From Alphaproteobacteria bacterium (lineage in GTDB: Bacteria > Pseudomonadota > Alphaproteobacteria > MPNO01 > UBA830), in contig OZ251539.1 of the NCBI GenBank assembly GCA_965243135.1, positions 1,792,001 to 1,856,000 of the forward strand: a stretch of 64,000 nt of DNA. The letters run 5' to 3'. The stretch's first letter is position 1; each line of letters begins with the position of its first letter. A model generated the notes under the pieces. It made no database searches. It worked only from the letters and a program-made list of their open reading frames with translations, and had not been told where the DNA came from. The position numbers and the translations under genes are program-made. Shown piece after piece: positions 30,882 through 41,065 of this stretch.

Positions 30882-32201
30882 CTATACCGCCGCGGGGGCT
30901 GGCGCCGTCATCAGCGCATTCCAGCGCCGCCAGAACGTGCGCAGATGCAGTTCGTCGGAGTTGAGCTGTTCGCCCTCCTTCGCGATCCCGCGAGTCATCA
31001 CCGACCACCGCACTTCTCCGACGGTCTCCGCGATCCCTTCCTGAACCTGTTCGAGCGCTTCCACGTCGTCCGGGGTGGCGAGGCCCCCCGGACCGTAAAA
31101 GGTGAGGAAGGAATCCAGCCTTACCTTCCGCATGACCGGGCTTTCGCCGACCGGCCCGACGGCCCAGGCGGTTACCCTCATGCGATCGGCCGCAGCGGGC
31201 CAAAACGTGCGAACCGTGACGGAAGACCCGTCGTTGATCATGAGGTTCGGAAAGACGAGCAAGTTGCGGTTGGTGTTCGCCACCCGCTCCGCCCGGTCGG
31301 TTCCCAGACGCGCCACGAGCTCGGCCTTCGCCGCCTCGACGGCCGGTTTCGCGGAATCCCCGTATAGCGGGATCCAGGCCGCCACCGGACGCCCCCGGAA
31401 ATTGACGTTGTCGATTACCGCGTGTCCGTTGCCGAGATCCTTTCCCACGCCCCGGCGGGGCAGCAACAGGCCCTTCGGCACGGTTACGTCGACGCCGGAA
31501 TCCTTCATGTACTCAAGCCATGTCGAATGGGTCGAACGCAGGTGATAGTCGTCGAAGGAATTCTCGACGAGCAGCTTCCAGTTGGCGCGAACGTCGTATT
31601 CCTGCACGCCGCCGATCACTTCAAGCCGTCCGTCCGGGGATTGTTCCGCCACAAGGTCGATATATTCCCTCGCCCCAGCGAGATAGTCCGCGAGCGCGGG
31701 CGCATGGCGCGAGAAGGCGGCGAACCAGAAGCCGCGGTATTCTTCGAAGCGGGGCGCCGAGGCCAGTCCGAGCGCCTCGCGGTCGAAAGTGTCGGGATAG
31801 GCGTCGTCCCCCGGGACCGCCGCGAGGCGTCCGTCGTTGTCGTAGGTCCAGCCGTGATAGAAGCAATAGAAACGCCGGGCGTTGCCCCGGCGTTCGCGAC
31901 AGACCTGCGCGCCGCGATGTCGGCACGTGTTCAGGAACAACCTGATCCTGCCTGCGGCGTCGCGGCAGAAAATCACGGGACGTCCGGCGACGCCGCGCGT
32001 CACGAAGTCGCCGGGGCTTCCGATCTCGGATTCGTGCCCGACGTAGATCCAGCTGCGATCGAACACCCGGGAACGCTCCATCGCGAGAATTTCCGGTTCC
32101 ACGAGAGTTCGGCGGTCGAGCTTGAAATCGTGTCCTTCGTCAACGATGTAGGAACCGTTTTTCATCCCGGAATGATGAACCAGCGCTTCTTCCTTGTCCA
32201 T
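30882..32201 (-). CDS. Rieske ring-hydroxylating dioxygenase alpha subunit (p-cumate/benzoate-like)
   Basis: NTCRHRG..CFYHGW Rieske motif; NWKLLVENSFDDYHL.STH; GLATPDD. Confidence 0.92.
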   Translation of the reverse strand: MDKEEALVHHSGMKNGSYIVDEGHDFKLDRRTLVEPEILAMERSRVFDRSWIYVGHESEIGSPGDFVTRGVAGRPVIFCRDAAGRIRLFLNTCRHRGAQVCRERRGNARRFYCFYHGWTYDNDGRLAAVPGDDAYPDTFDREALGLASAPRFEEYRGFWFAAFSRHAPALADYLAGAREYIDLVAEQSPDGRLEVIGGVQEYDVRANWKLLVENSFDDYHLRSTHSTWLEYMKDSGVDVTVPKGLLLPRRGVGKDLGNGHAVIDNVNFRGRPVAAWIPLYGDSAKPAVEAAKAELVARLGTDRAERVANTNRNLLVFPNLMINDGSSVTVRTFWPAAADRMRVTAWAVGPVGESPVMRKVRLDSFLTFYGPGGLATPDDVEALEQVQEGIAETVGEVRWSVMTRGIAKEGEQLNSDELHLRTFWRRWNALMTAPAPAAV

Positions 32202-32479
32202 CTATCGTTTCCGGCGCCGGCGGGCCGCGGCTTCGACGTGGCCCGCCCGTTCGCGACGGAGGCCTTTTCGATCCAGATGCATGGAGCCATAGCACGGAAA
32301 TTCGGAGCGCGGGACGTGCCGCGGCGCGGCGACCCGAGAGCTGCGATGCAAAGCGCCGTTTCCATCCATCGGCTCCCCGATGCTTTTATCTGCGGACATG
32401 GCGAATATTGCCCGGAACGTAGCCGTTCCGGTAAGCTGTTCCAGCATGTAGGATCGGCATGCCGCACGGAGGCGCGACG

Positions 32480-33214
32480 ATGAGCGAAGCAGGAAAAGAA
32501 TACCGGTTCGTAATCGAAGCATATAGTCCCGAAACCATGCCAATGTTGCGGCTAGCCGAATACATGACCGATCTGGCGCGAATATTCGGCGAGAACGAAT
32601 ATGTGCATTTCGTGCGTCTGGAGCGCGGCAGCACCGTTCTGGTACAGGCCGTCGATCCCGATGTCGAGCCCAAAATGCGAGGCAGGCTCCGCGCCATTGC
32701 GAGCGGGGAGCCTCCCGAAGACGCGGCCAGGGCGTTCGGATCGCTGAACGGACGTCTGGCTGCAGACGGTGCGACCGGCAGCCTGCAGGACGGCGACGGC
32801 GCGGAGGTCATCCGGTTTCCCGGTCGCGAACGATCACGGAACGTGAACTATGGGCCGCACAATCAATCGGACACGCTCGATGGCACTCTGATCCGCATAG
32901 GCAGTCGAGACGACACCGTGCCTGTACACCTGAAGGATGACGACACAATCCACATGTGCAATGCGACCCGTTCCATGGCTAAAGATCTGGCACCTTATCT
33001 TTACGGTCCGGTTTTACGAGTACACGGAGATGCACGCTGGGAAAGAAATAGCGATGGCCAATGGTTATTGGAGCGTTTCAATATCAAAAAATTCGAAGAA
33101 CTGGAAGATGTACCGGTTAGCGAAGTCGTAGATCGATTGCGCCGTATCGAAGGAAGCAATTGGAAAAACATTGAAGATCCTGCAGGCGAGATCCAGAGAT
33201 TGCGTAGCTCTTAA
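32480..33214 (+). CDS. Hypothetical protein, accessory type
   Basis: GGAGG RBS, 244-aa ORF (YRFVIEAYSPETMPMLRLAEYMTDLA..VHF..LERGST), lower GC than flanks. Confidence 0.75.
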   Translation: MSEAGKEYRFVIEAYSPETMPMLRLAEYMTDLARIFGENEYVHFVRLERGSTVLVQAVDPDVEPKMRGRLRAIASGEPPEDAARAFGSLNGRLAADGATGSLQDGDGAEVIRFPGRERSRNVNYGPHNQSDTLDGTLIRIGSRDDTVPVHLKDDDTIHMCNATRSMAKDLAPYLYGPVLRVHGDARWERNSDGQWLLERFNIKKFEELEDVPVSEVVDRLRRIEGSNWKNIEDPAGEIQRLRSS

Positions 33215-33851
33215 TGCCAGTTATTGGTAGTGCAGTACCATAACTCTTACTTATTGTTACAGATTTTCAAAATAAAAACTCGAATTTGTTCGAACTGCCG
33301 CATTTTTCATAATCTTCAGTCATTTCTTCAAGAAATTTTTTACGCTCAACGCAAAATTTTCTCCTTGATGGCAGCATCATGGGACATGTGCGGCGACAAT
33401 TCCGTCAAGACTTCGACAAGGCACGCTTGCCGGGAAACAGCACAGCTCTGTCGTAGACACCGGCTGGCGGCCTCGTTATTGGCGAGCGGATTTTTTGATG
33501 GTATAAACCGTTCGCTTCATGTGCGAATGACTGGTCGCTGGGGAGTGACCGCGTGAGGTATCAGCTGGGGTCGTTGCGGTTCTGCGCGATGACCGTCCTG
33601 CTTTCCGCAGATTAGAGGTTTGGAAAGTGCCGCCGCCGCCAGAATCAGAACCTATTCCCGAGTCGGGGCATACGGTCAAAACGGCAGCATGTCCCCCGCG
33701 CCCTAGCCGGTTGCCGTCCGATTACTCGTGCCGTATCGCCCGCCTGGAGTCGCTCCCCGGTAACGCGTCCGGTTCGGACAAGACCTGGGTTCACCGGGCC
33801 CATGCCGAGGCTGTCCGGCATCTGAAATCGGCAATACGGCGTTGACCCGTT

Positions 33852-34367
33852 GTGGATCCGTTCGTCTCGCTCGTCCACGCCCTTTCGGCCGACAAGGTTC
33901 GTTTTCTAATCATCGGCGTGTGGGGAGCTAACTACTACGCGCCGACAGGCAGCGCGATGTTCACCACCCTCGATCGCGACCTCTTCATGCCGGCGGAGCC
34001 CGAAAGTTTGCTTGCCGCGTGGCGCGCATGCGAAGCGAACGGATTTGCGCTGTTCGCCGGCTCGGAGCCGCTCGACCTTCCACGCGATGACGCTCTCGCC
34101 AGCGCCGTGGTGGCGCGGCGCGCGCTCACTCGGGCATCCGATAACGCCGGCACCGATGTGGACCTTTCCTTGGTTATGGGCGATTTTGAATTCGAAACGG
34201 TCTGGAAAGAGCGCAGAATTTTCAAGGTCGACGGAGTTTCCATGCCGGTCGCCAGACTCGCTCACATCGTCCGATCAAAGGCGACGGCTAACCGCGAAAA
34301 GGATCGTCTCTTCCTCGCGACGCACCGGGAGGCGCTTCGACATCTTTTATCAGAAGATGCAATGTAG
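33852..34367 (+). CDS. Minimal nucleotidyltransferase-like protein
   Basis: FLIIGVWGA..TLDRDL, VDL, L..IVRSK...NREKD pattern typical of MNT/DUF6036-like proteins. Confidence 0.7.
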   Translation: MDPFVSLVHALSADKVRFLIIGVWGANYYAPTGSAMFTTLDRDLFMPAEPESLLAAWRACEANGFALFAGSEPLDLPRDDALASAVVARRALTRASDNAGTDVDLSLVMGDFEFETVWKERRIFKVDGVSMPVARLAHIVRSKATANREKDRLFLATHREALRHLLSEDAM

Positions 34368-34518
34368 GCCGAAGCGGCAATAAGGTCGGCGTTCGCTAAG
34401 ACCCAAGAAAGCGCCGAGCGATGAAAGAAAACGGCTGGCCGATCACGAAACCGCCGGATGTCCGGAAGACGGCTCCATGCCGCCGCGACGTCGCGGCGTT
34501 TCCCGGCGGGACCGGGCG

Positions 34519-36087
34519 ATGACCGATCAGCGTTGCCAGGTTGCGATCGTCGGCGGCGGCCCGGTCGGGCTGGCTCTCGCAGTCGATCTTGGGCTGCGAG
34601 GCATCTCGTGCATTCTCGTCGAACGGCGGCGCGGCCTCCACAATATCCCGAAGGGACAGAATCTTACCCAGCGGACGCTTGAACATTTCCATTTTTGGGG
34701 GATCGCCGACGAACTGCGAGCCTCAAGGGTGATTCCCGCCGATTTTCCCGGAAATTTCATCGTCGCTTACGGCAGCCTCGCCAGCGAGCACTGGTACGTG
34801 CCAGCGGCCCGGGAAGACGTCGACCGTTATTTCTACCAACGCGGCGACCGCCTGCCCCAGTACCTCGCCGAGAGAGTGCTTCGGAGGAGGCTGGCGGATT
34901 GCGCCGGCGTCGAAACGATGTATGGATGGGAAGCGAAAGCCGTCAACGACGCGGACGAGGGCGTTCGGGTCGAAATCTCCGACGGAACCCGGCGCCGGAC
35001 GCTGATGGCGGATTACGCCGTCGGATGCGACGGCAACCGCTCCCTGGTCCGAACCCAGCTCGGCCTTTCCCGGAGCGGGACCGACTACGACCGGCCGATG
35101 GTGCTTGCGGTGTTCCGCTCGCGCGAACTGCACGAGCGACTAAAGCGCTTTCCCCCCGCATACATTTACCGAGTCGTTCACAAGGATTTGCGCGGCTACT
35201 GGCGATTCTTCGGCCGCGTCGACGACCGCAGCCGCTGGTTCTTTCACGCGCCTGCCCCCGCGGACCCGAAGGAACGCGCTGTGCGCCGGTTGCTCCACGA
35301 CGCGGCCGGGTTCGGTTTTTCCTGCAGTTTCGACCACATCGGATCTTGGAACCTGCATGTCTCGATTGCGGACGACTACCGCCGCCGAAGGATATTCATC
35401 GCCGGCGATGCCGCCCACAGCCATCCGCCTTACGGCGGATTTGGGTTGAACAGCGGTTTGGAGGACGCCGTCAATTTGGGATGGAAGCTTGCCGCCGTTC
35501 TCGAGGGTTGGGGCGGCGAAACGTTGTTGCAGTCCTATGCGGACGAGCGGCGACCCGTAATCCGGGAAACGACGAAACATTTTATCGAAGGCCGGATAAC
35601 CGAGGATCGCGTTTTCCTCGATCGCTTCGATCCCGAGAGGAATCCCGACGAGTTCGCCCGAGCCTGGCAGGAGCACCGAGCGGCGGGCGCGAGGCGCACG
35701 ATGGCCTACGTGCCCCATTACGAAGGTTCGCCCGTAATCGCCGGGCCGTCCGCCGGCGTCTGCGGAGCGATCGGCGAACATCGCCTGACCGCCCGCGCCG
35801 GCCATCATCTTGCGCCCTTGCGGCTTGCGTCCGGCATCAACGCGTTCGAGGTCCTGGGACGTCGCTTCACGCTGTTCGCCTTCGATGCCGAAGCCTCCGC
35901 GGTCGGGGAATTCGAACATGCGGCCCGGCGACTCGCCATACCGCTTCAGGTCGTTCGTGACAGGCTGGAGGGCGGCACCTACGGCGCCCGCATCGTTCTC
36001 GTGCGTCCCGATCAACACGTCGTCTGGACAGGAGATACGGCTCCGGCGGATGCGGCCGCCTTGATGTCGCAGGTCACGGGACGATAG
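34519..36087 (+). CDS. FAD-dependent monooxygenase (PheA/TfdB-like)
   Basis: IVGGGPVG, GCDG.RS.VR, AGDAAH.HPP.GGFGLNSG.EDA.NLGWKL, LVRPDQHV. Confidence 0.93.
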   Translation: MTDQRCQVAIVGGGPVGLALAVDLGLRGISCILVERRRGLHNIPKGQNLTQRTLEHFHFWGIADELRASRVIPADFPGNFIVAYGSLASEHWYVPAAREDVDRYFYQRGDRLPQYLAERVLRRRLADCAGVETMYGWEAKAVNDADEGVRVEISDGTRRRTLMADYAVGCDGNRSLVRTQLGLSRSGTDYDRPMVLAVFRSRELHERLKRFPPAYIYRVVHKDLRGYWRFFGRVDDRSRWFFHAPAPADPKERAVRRLLHDAAGFGFSCSFDHIGSWNLHVSIADDYRRRRIFIAGDAAHSHPPYGGFGLNSGLEDAVNLGWKLAAVLEGWGGETLLQSYADERRPVIRETTKHFIEGRITEDRVFLDRFDPERNPDEFARAWQEHRAAGARRTMAYVPHYEGSPVIAGPSAGVCGAIGEHRLTARAGHHLAPLRLASGINAFEVLGRRFTLFAFDAEASAVGEFEHAARRLAIPLQVVRDRLEGGTYGARIVLVRPDQHVVWTGDTAPADAAALMSQVTGR

Positions 36088-36263
36088 TCCTCGACGGTGC
36101 GGGCGCGCAAAGCGGAGAACCATTCGCACGCCTGTGCCTGGAGGCGGGGGAGACAAGCGCTCGGCCGGCGACCGGGATTCAGAGCCTTCAGAACCGGGGG
36201 CATCGGTAGCGGCAGCGCCCTTCGGCGCAGGTCGCTTGCGCCGCGCGACGGCGGAAGCGTCAA

Positions 36264-37505
36264 TTATCGATCCCACAACTCGCTCAGCGGCACGGCCAGC
36301 AGGCGCTCGTCGCGCATCGGCAGAACATCCCTTCCGTCGTAGAGCAGAATGCCTTGCTCGAAATCCGCGCCACACCGCTCCGCAAGTCGGGCGAGGCCCT
36401 GCCCGTCCTTCGAAGTCAGAGTGGCGCTGGCCTTGACTTCGATACCCCAAGTCCGCTCGCCCCGGGTCAAGACCACATCGACCTCTACCTGATCCTTGTC
36501 ACGATAATGCCACAACCGTACGTCGGGGTCGGTCCATGCGGCTTGGGCGGCGAGTTGCTGAACCACCCAAGCTTCCAACAGATGCCCCATGCGGTTCCGA
36601 TTATGAAGCCAGTCCTCGGCTTTCAAATCGGCAAGGACTGCCGCAACGCCGCTATCGATCAGGTACGCTTTCGGCGAACTGACGAGACGTTTGGCCGGAT
36701 TACGACGCCAAGCGGGCAGACGCCGCACCAGATACAGCCGTTCGAGCACGCCCAGATAGCGCTCCACCGTTTCCCTGCGCAACCCGAGGTCGCCGGCGGC
36801 ACGGCTTGCGTTAAAGATTTCACCATTCCGCAGAGCGAGGAGTTCCAACAGGCGAAGCAGTTCACGAGCATCTCTCACGCGGGCCACATCGCGCACGTCT
36901 CTTTCAATTATGCTTTGCAGATATTGCCGATGCCATTGCCTTGCACGGACGGGGCTTCGGGTGAGCGCCACGGGATAGCCGCCAGCCACCATGCGTTGCG
37001 CCAGCGTCGACCCGGCAGGCGAATCGCGGTTTCCGATACCCGGCTGGAAATCGCCTTTCAACAAGGCGCTTACGAACCCGCCGGCCCGCCCCTCTTTTTC
37101 GGCTTCCGTCAGAGGATGCAATTGCGTGATTTCCATGCGGCCCGCGAGAGATTCAGTCACACTGGGCAGAAGCAGCAAATTAGCCGAACCGGTGAGCAGG
37201 AAACGACCGGACTTGCGGTTCTGGTCGACCGCGAGCTTGATGGCTGGAAACAGGGTCGGAACCCGTTGTATCTCATCGAGAATCACGGCACCCGGCAGGT
37301 TGGCGACGAACCCGTTGGGATCCGACGAAGCGGTCCGGTAGTAGTTGTCCTCGTCCAGGCTGATGAAGGCGTGATCTGGCGCAATCTGCCGAACGAGCGT
37401 AGTTTTCCCGCATTGCCGCGGACCGAGAACGCAGACTACAGGCGTATCCGCCAGTGCTTCATGAATTACGGGCGTCAACAAACGGGGAAAAAAATTCGAA
37501 ATCAT
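36264..37505 (-). CDS. AAA+ ATPase with wHTH and C-terminal DUF4143 PD-(D/E)XK nuclease-fold domain
   Basis: GPRQCGKT, ILDEIQ, LTGS, ESLAGR, GGYP, HTH-like FNASRAAGDLGLRRETVERYL, EVDVV..GIEVK. Confidence 0.9.
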   Translation of the reverse strand: MISNFFPRLLTPVIHEALADTPVVCVLGPRQCGKTTLVRQIAPDHAFISLDEDNYYRTASSDPNGFVANLPGAVILDEIQRVPTLFPAIKLAVDQNRKSGRFLLTGSANLLLLPSVTESLAGRMEITQLHPLTEAEKEGRAGGFVSALLKGDFQPGIGNRDSPAGSTLAQRMVAGGYPVALTRSPVRARQWHRQYLQSIIERDVRDVARVRDARELLRLLELLALRNGEIFNASRAAGDLGLRRETVERYLGVLERLYLVRRLPAWRRNPAKRLVSSPKAYLIDSGVAAVLADLKAEDWLHNRNRMGHLLEAWVVQQLAAQAAWTDPDVRLWHYRDKDQVEVDVVLTRGERTWGIEVKASATLTSKDGQGLARLAERCGADFEQGILLYDGRDVLPMRDERLLAVPLSELWDR

Positions 37506-38490
37506 TTGCCTATTGCCCTAGCGTCCGTCTGCTTTCTTAGTCAGCGTTCATTTGCGGTTTACTATATCGTCCAATTGCCGCTTGACGTGGCGTCAAGTTG
37601 CCTATTGCCCTAGCGTTCGCCTGCTTTCTGCTCCAGCGTCTGTCTGCCGTTTATCATACCGTCTGATCATTGTCTGGTATCTCGTCCATTTGCCTACCGT
37701 CCCAGCGTCCATCCGCTTTCCTGATCAGTGTCCGTTTGCAGTTTACTATATTGTCCACTTGCTGTCTGATATGGCGTCAAGTTGCCTATTGCCATAGCGT
37801 CGACCTGCTTTCTTCTCCAGCGTCTATCTGCCGTTTATCATACCGTCTGATCATTGTCTGGTATAGCGTCCATTTGCCTATCGTTTCAGCGTCCATCCGC
37901 TTTCCTGATCAGCGTCTAATTGCGGGTTATTATACCGTCTAACTGCTGTCTGATATGGCGTCAAGTTGCCTATTGCCATAGCGTCGACCTGCTTTCTTCT
38001 TCAGCGTCTATCTGCCGTTTATCATACCGTCTGATCATTGTCTGGTATAGCGTCCATTTGCCTATCGTTTCAGCGTCCATCCGCTTTCCTGATCAGCGTC
38101 TAATTGCGGTTTGTTATAATGTCTAATTGCTGTCTGATATAGCGTCTATTTGCCTATTGCCATAGCGTTCTCCTGCTTTTTGCTCCAGCGTCTGTCTGGC
38201 GTTTATCATACCGTCTGATCATTGTCTGGTATCGCGTCCATTTGCCTACCGTCCCAGCGTCCATCCGCTTTCCCGATCAGTGTCCGTTTGCGGTTTTCTA
38301 TATTGTCCAGTTGCCGCTTGATATCGCGTCCATTTGCCTATCGTCTTAGCGTCCATCCGCTTTCCTGACCAGCATCTAATTGCTGTCTGATATGGCGTCT
38401 ATTTGCCTATTGCCATAGCGTTCGCCTGCTTTTTGCTCCAGCGTCTGCTTGCCGTTTATTGTAGATTGCTGGCTGGCATAGCGTCTGTTC
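37498..38490. repeat. Tandem array of 23-bp monomers with 4-mer (92 bp) and 8-mer (184 bp) higher-order repeats
   Basis: 41 contiguous 23-bp monomers from 37521 to 38463 with no indels, consensus approximately GCGTC-n4-TGC-n10-A, e.g. GCGTCAAGTTGCCTATTGCCATA at 37774 and 37958; partial monomers at both ends. Confidence 0.95.
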
Positions 38491-38653
38491 AGCAAAAAAC
38501 TGGCATTGGTGCTGATTTCCTGTACAGAAACGATACGTTACCTATTGTTTTGAAAACCGACCTGCCTATCGCAGGTTCAAGACTTTCCTGCGGCAATCGC
38601 GGGCAGCAAGGCACTCGTTCACGGCATTCCCGGAAAAGCTGACGCGCGCCGCG

Positions 38654-39052
38654 CTACTCGGTGTCCGGGACCATCGCTGTCGTCTCGATCTCCACTCTGG
38701 CGCGATCCTCCATCAGCGCGACGACCTGGACCGCCGCCATTGCCGGGAAAACGAGGCCCATCACCTCGCGATAAGCTGTTCCGACTTCCCGCAGATTCGC
38801 CAGATATTCACGCTTGTCGACGAAATACATCGTCATGCGGCAAACGTGCTCCGGCGCCGCGCCGCCTTCGCGCAACACCGCCACCGTGTTGATCATCGCT
38901 TGACGGAACTGCGGAACGAATTCGTCGCTCTCGAACTTCTCCTCGGCGTTCCAACCGACCATTCCGGCGACGAACACCATTCGACCCTCGGCCGCGATCC
39001 CGTTCGAATACCCTTTCGGCCTGGACCAGCCAGGGGGATTGAGAACCCGCAT
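38654..39052 (-). CDS. RidA family protein (type found in abm clusters)
   Basis: PPGW.RPKGYSNG, FVAGMVG, FPAM..V.V.AL, VEIETTA. Confidence 0.9.
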   Translation of the reverse strand: MRVLNPPGWSRPKGYSNGIAAEGRMVFVAGMVGWNAEEKFESDEFVPQFRQAMINTVAVLREGGAAPEHVCRMTMYFVDKREYLANLREVGTAYREVMGLVFPAMAAVQVVALMEDRARVEIETTAMVPDTE

Positions 39053-39212
39053 GGCAGCGTCTCCTTTCGACGGCGCCGACCCTCCTTGCAGGGGCGCAGC
39101 ATTTGTTTAGGCTTATCGCCATGCCGAAGCAAACTGGCGGGATCGATGCCGTGAACGGACGACAGCAGACGACGTGCGCGCCGTTCGGCGAGAGGCCCCT
39201 TTTTCCTGCGTT

Positions 39213-40022
39213 ATGACTGACCGCAATGCCGACAGAATGCAGGGTTCGCCGCTGAAGGATCGCCATGCGCTCGTCACCGGCGCGAGTCGCGGTATTGGAG
39301 CTGCGGTCGCCGAAGCGTTGGCGCGGCTGGGAGCGAACGTTACGCTTCTCGGACGCGACCGCGTCGCCCTGGAAGAACGCGCGGACGCCGTCGCCGCGGC
39401 ATATGAAATCAACGCCCGGCCGGAGGCGGCGGATGTCGGCGAAGCGGACCAGGTGGCCGCCGCCTTCAGGAACGCCGTTGCCGCCAATGGTCCGGTTTCG
39501 ATACTGGTCAACAACGCCGGAGCCGCGGAAAGCGCTCCCTTCCATCGAACGGAACCCGCTTTGTGGGAAACCATGCTCAGGGTCAATCTCACCGGAACGT
39601 TCGTCTGCACGCGAGCGGCACTGCCGGACATGCTCAAGGCCGGTTACGGCCGCATCGTGAACGTTGCGTCGACCGCCGGACTTCGAGGATATGCCTACGT
39701 TTCCGCCTACTGCGCCGCAAAGCACGGGGTTATCGGGCTGACGCGGGCGCTGGCCTTGGAAACGGCGATGAAGGGAATTACCGTCAACGCCGTCTGCCCG
39801 GGATATACGGACACGGACATGACCCGCGAGACGATCGACAATATCGTGGCGAAAACCGGACGCACGCCCGAAGAATCGACCGGCGAACTCGTAGCCTCCA
39901 ATCCGCAGCGACGCCTGATCCAGCCGTGGGAAGTGGCTGAAACCGTCGCATGGCTCGCCCTGCCCGCCTCGTCCTCCATTACCGGCCAAGCGGTTCCCGT
40001 GGCTGGCGGCGAAGTGATGTGA
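39213..40022 (+). CDS. SDR (3-hydroxyacyl-CoA dehydrogenase-like, abm cluster)
   Basis: [42 protein letters not shown]. Confidence 0.92.
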   Translation: MTDRNADRMQGSPLKDRHALVTGASRGIGAAVAEALARLGANVTLLGRDRVALEERADAVAAAYEINARPEAADVGEADQVAAAFRNAVAANGPVSILVNNAGAAESAPFHRTEPALWETMLRVNLTGTFVCTRAALPDMLKAGYGRIVNVASTAGLRGYAYVSAYCAAKHGVIGLTRALALETAMKGITVNAVCPGYTDTDMTRETIDNIVAKTGRTPEESTGELVASNPQRRLIQPWEVAETVAWLALPASSSITGQAVPVAGGEVM

Positions 40023-40243
40023 CGACAGGGTTGACGGGCGTTCGGCTCGCGTTCCGCTTGCGGCGCGCGTCCGTCTCGTCGGCGAACGGGGTCGCGAGTC
40101 CGCGACCCGGCGCTCCCGAACCCTCGGGGCTCGATCTCTGCCGCGCCGGACCGTATTCCAAAACTGCGCCGCAGGGCGTCGGAACGTCGCGGCAAGCGCG
40201 GCTCGCCCGACGCCGCTCCGGCTCGCACCATGGAGGGTACTGA

Positions 40244-41062
40244 ATGAAATCGGCAAACGGCGCGGCGCTCTCGCCGGAGCATTTCGACTGGGTCGTAGAC
40301 GGCAAGGTCGCGACGATCACTATCAACCGGCCCGAGCGGAAGAATCCGCTCACCTTCGAATCGTACGCGGAACTCAGGGATACCTTCGCCGCGCTGCGTC
40401 ACGCCGACGACGTCAAGGCGGTCGTGATCACCGGCGCCGGAGGCAACTTCTGCTCCGGCGGCGATGTCCACGAGATCATCCGCCCGCTGGTCGACATGGA
40501 CATGAAGGACCTTCTGCGGTTCACGGAAATGACAGGCGACGTCGTCAAGGCGATGCGCGCGTGTCCGCAGCCGGTCATAGCGGCGATCGAGGGCGTGTGC
40601 GCGGGCGCCGGCGCCATCCTCGCGATGGCGTCCGACATGCGTTACGGCACCGCGGACTCGAAAACGGCCTTTCTTTTCACCCGCGTCGGCCTTGCGGGCT
40701 GCGACATGGGCGCCTGCGCCATCCTGCCGCGCATCGTCGGCCAGGGCCGCGCCTCCGAACTGCTCTACACCGGCCGCTCGATGTCCGGGGAGGAAGCCTA
40801 TCGCTGGGGTTTCCTGAACGGCCTCTGCGCTCCGGGCGAGACCTTGACCCACGCCCGGGACCAGGCCCGCCGCCTTGCCGAAGGTCCCACTTTCGCGCAC
40901 GCTATCACGAAACGGCAACTCCATATGGAGTGGGACATGAGCGTCGAGGACGCGATCACGGCCGAAGCGGAAGCGCAAGCGATTTGCATGCAAACAGGAG
41001 ATTTCAAGAGAGCCTACGAAGCGTTCCGAGACAAGCGAAAGCCGGTTTTCGAAGGCGATTGA
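40244..41062 (+). CDS. Enoyl-CoA hydratase family (abm cluster type)
   Basis: [35 protein letters not shown]. Confidence 0.93.
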   Translation: MKSANGAALSPEHFDWVVDGKVATITINRPERKNPLTFESYAELRDTFAALRHADDVKAVVITGAGGNFCSGGDVHEIIRPLVDMDMKDLLRFTEMTGDVVKAMRACPQPVIAAIEGVCAGAGAILAMASDMRYGTADSKTAFLFTRVGLAGCDMGACAILPRIVGQGRASELLYTGRSMSGEEAYRWGFLNGLCAPGETLTHARDQARRLAEGPTFAHAITKRQLHMEWDMSVEDAITAEAEAQAICMQTGDFKRAYEAFRDKRKPVFEGD

Positions 41063-41065
41063 GCG

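Noticed and set aside
37498-38490. CRISPR array
   Set aside because: No constant repeat alternating with unique spacers, every segment recurs at 92/184-bp period, and there are no cas genes in the window
37552-38642. Short ORFs within the array (81, 90, 68, 79 aa)
   Set aside because: The 23-bp period shifts frame every monomer, so the similar peptides are by-products of the repeat
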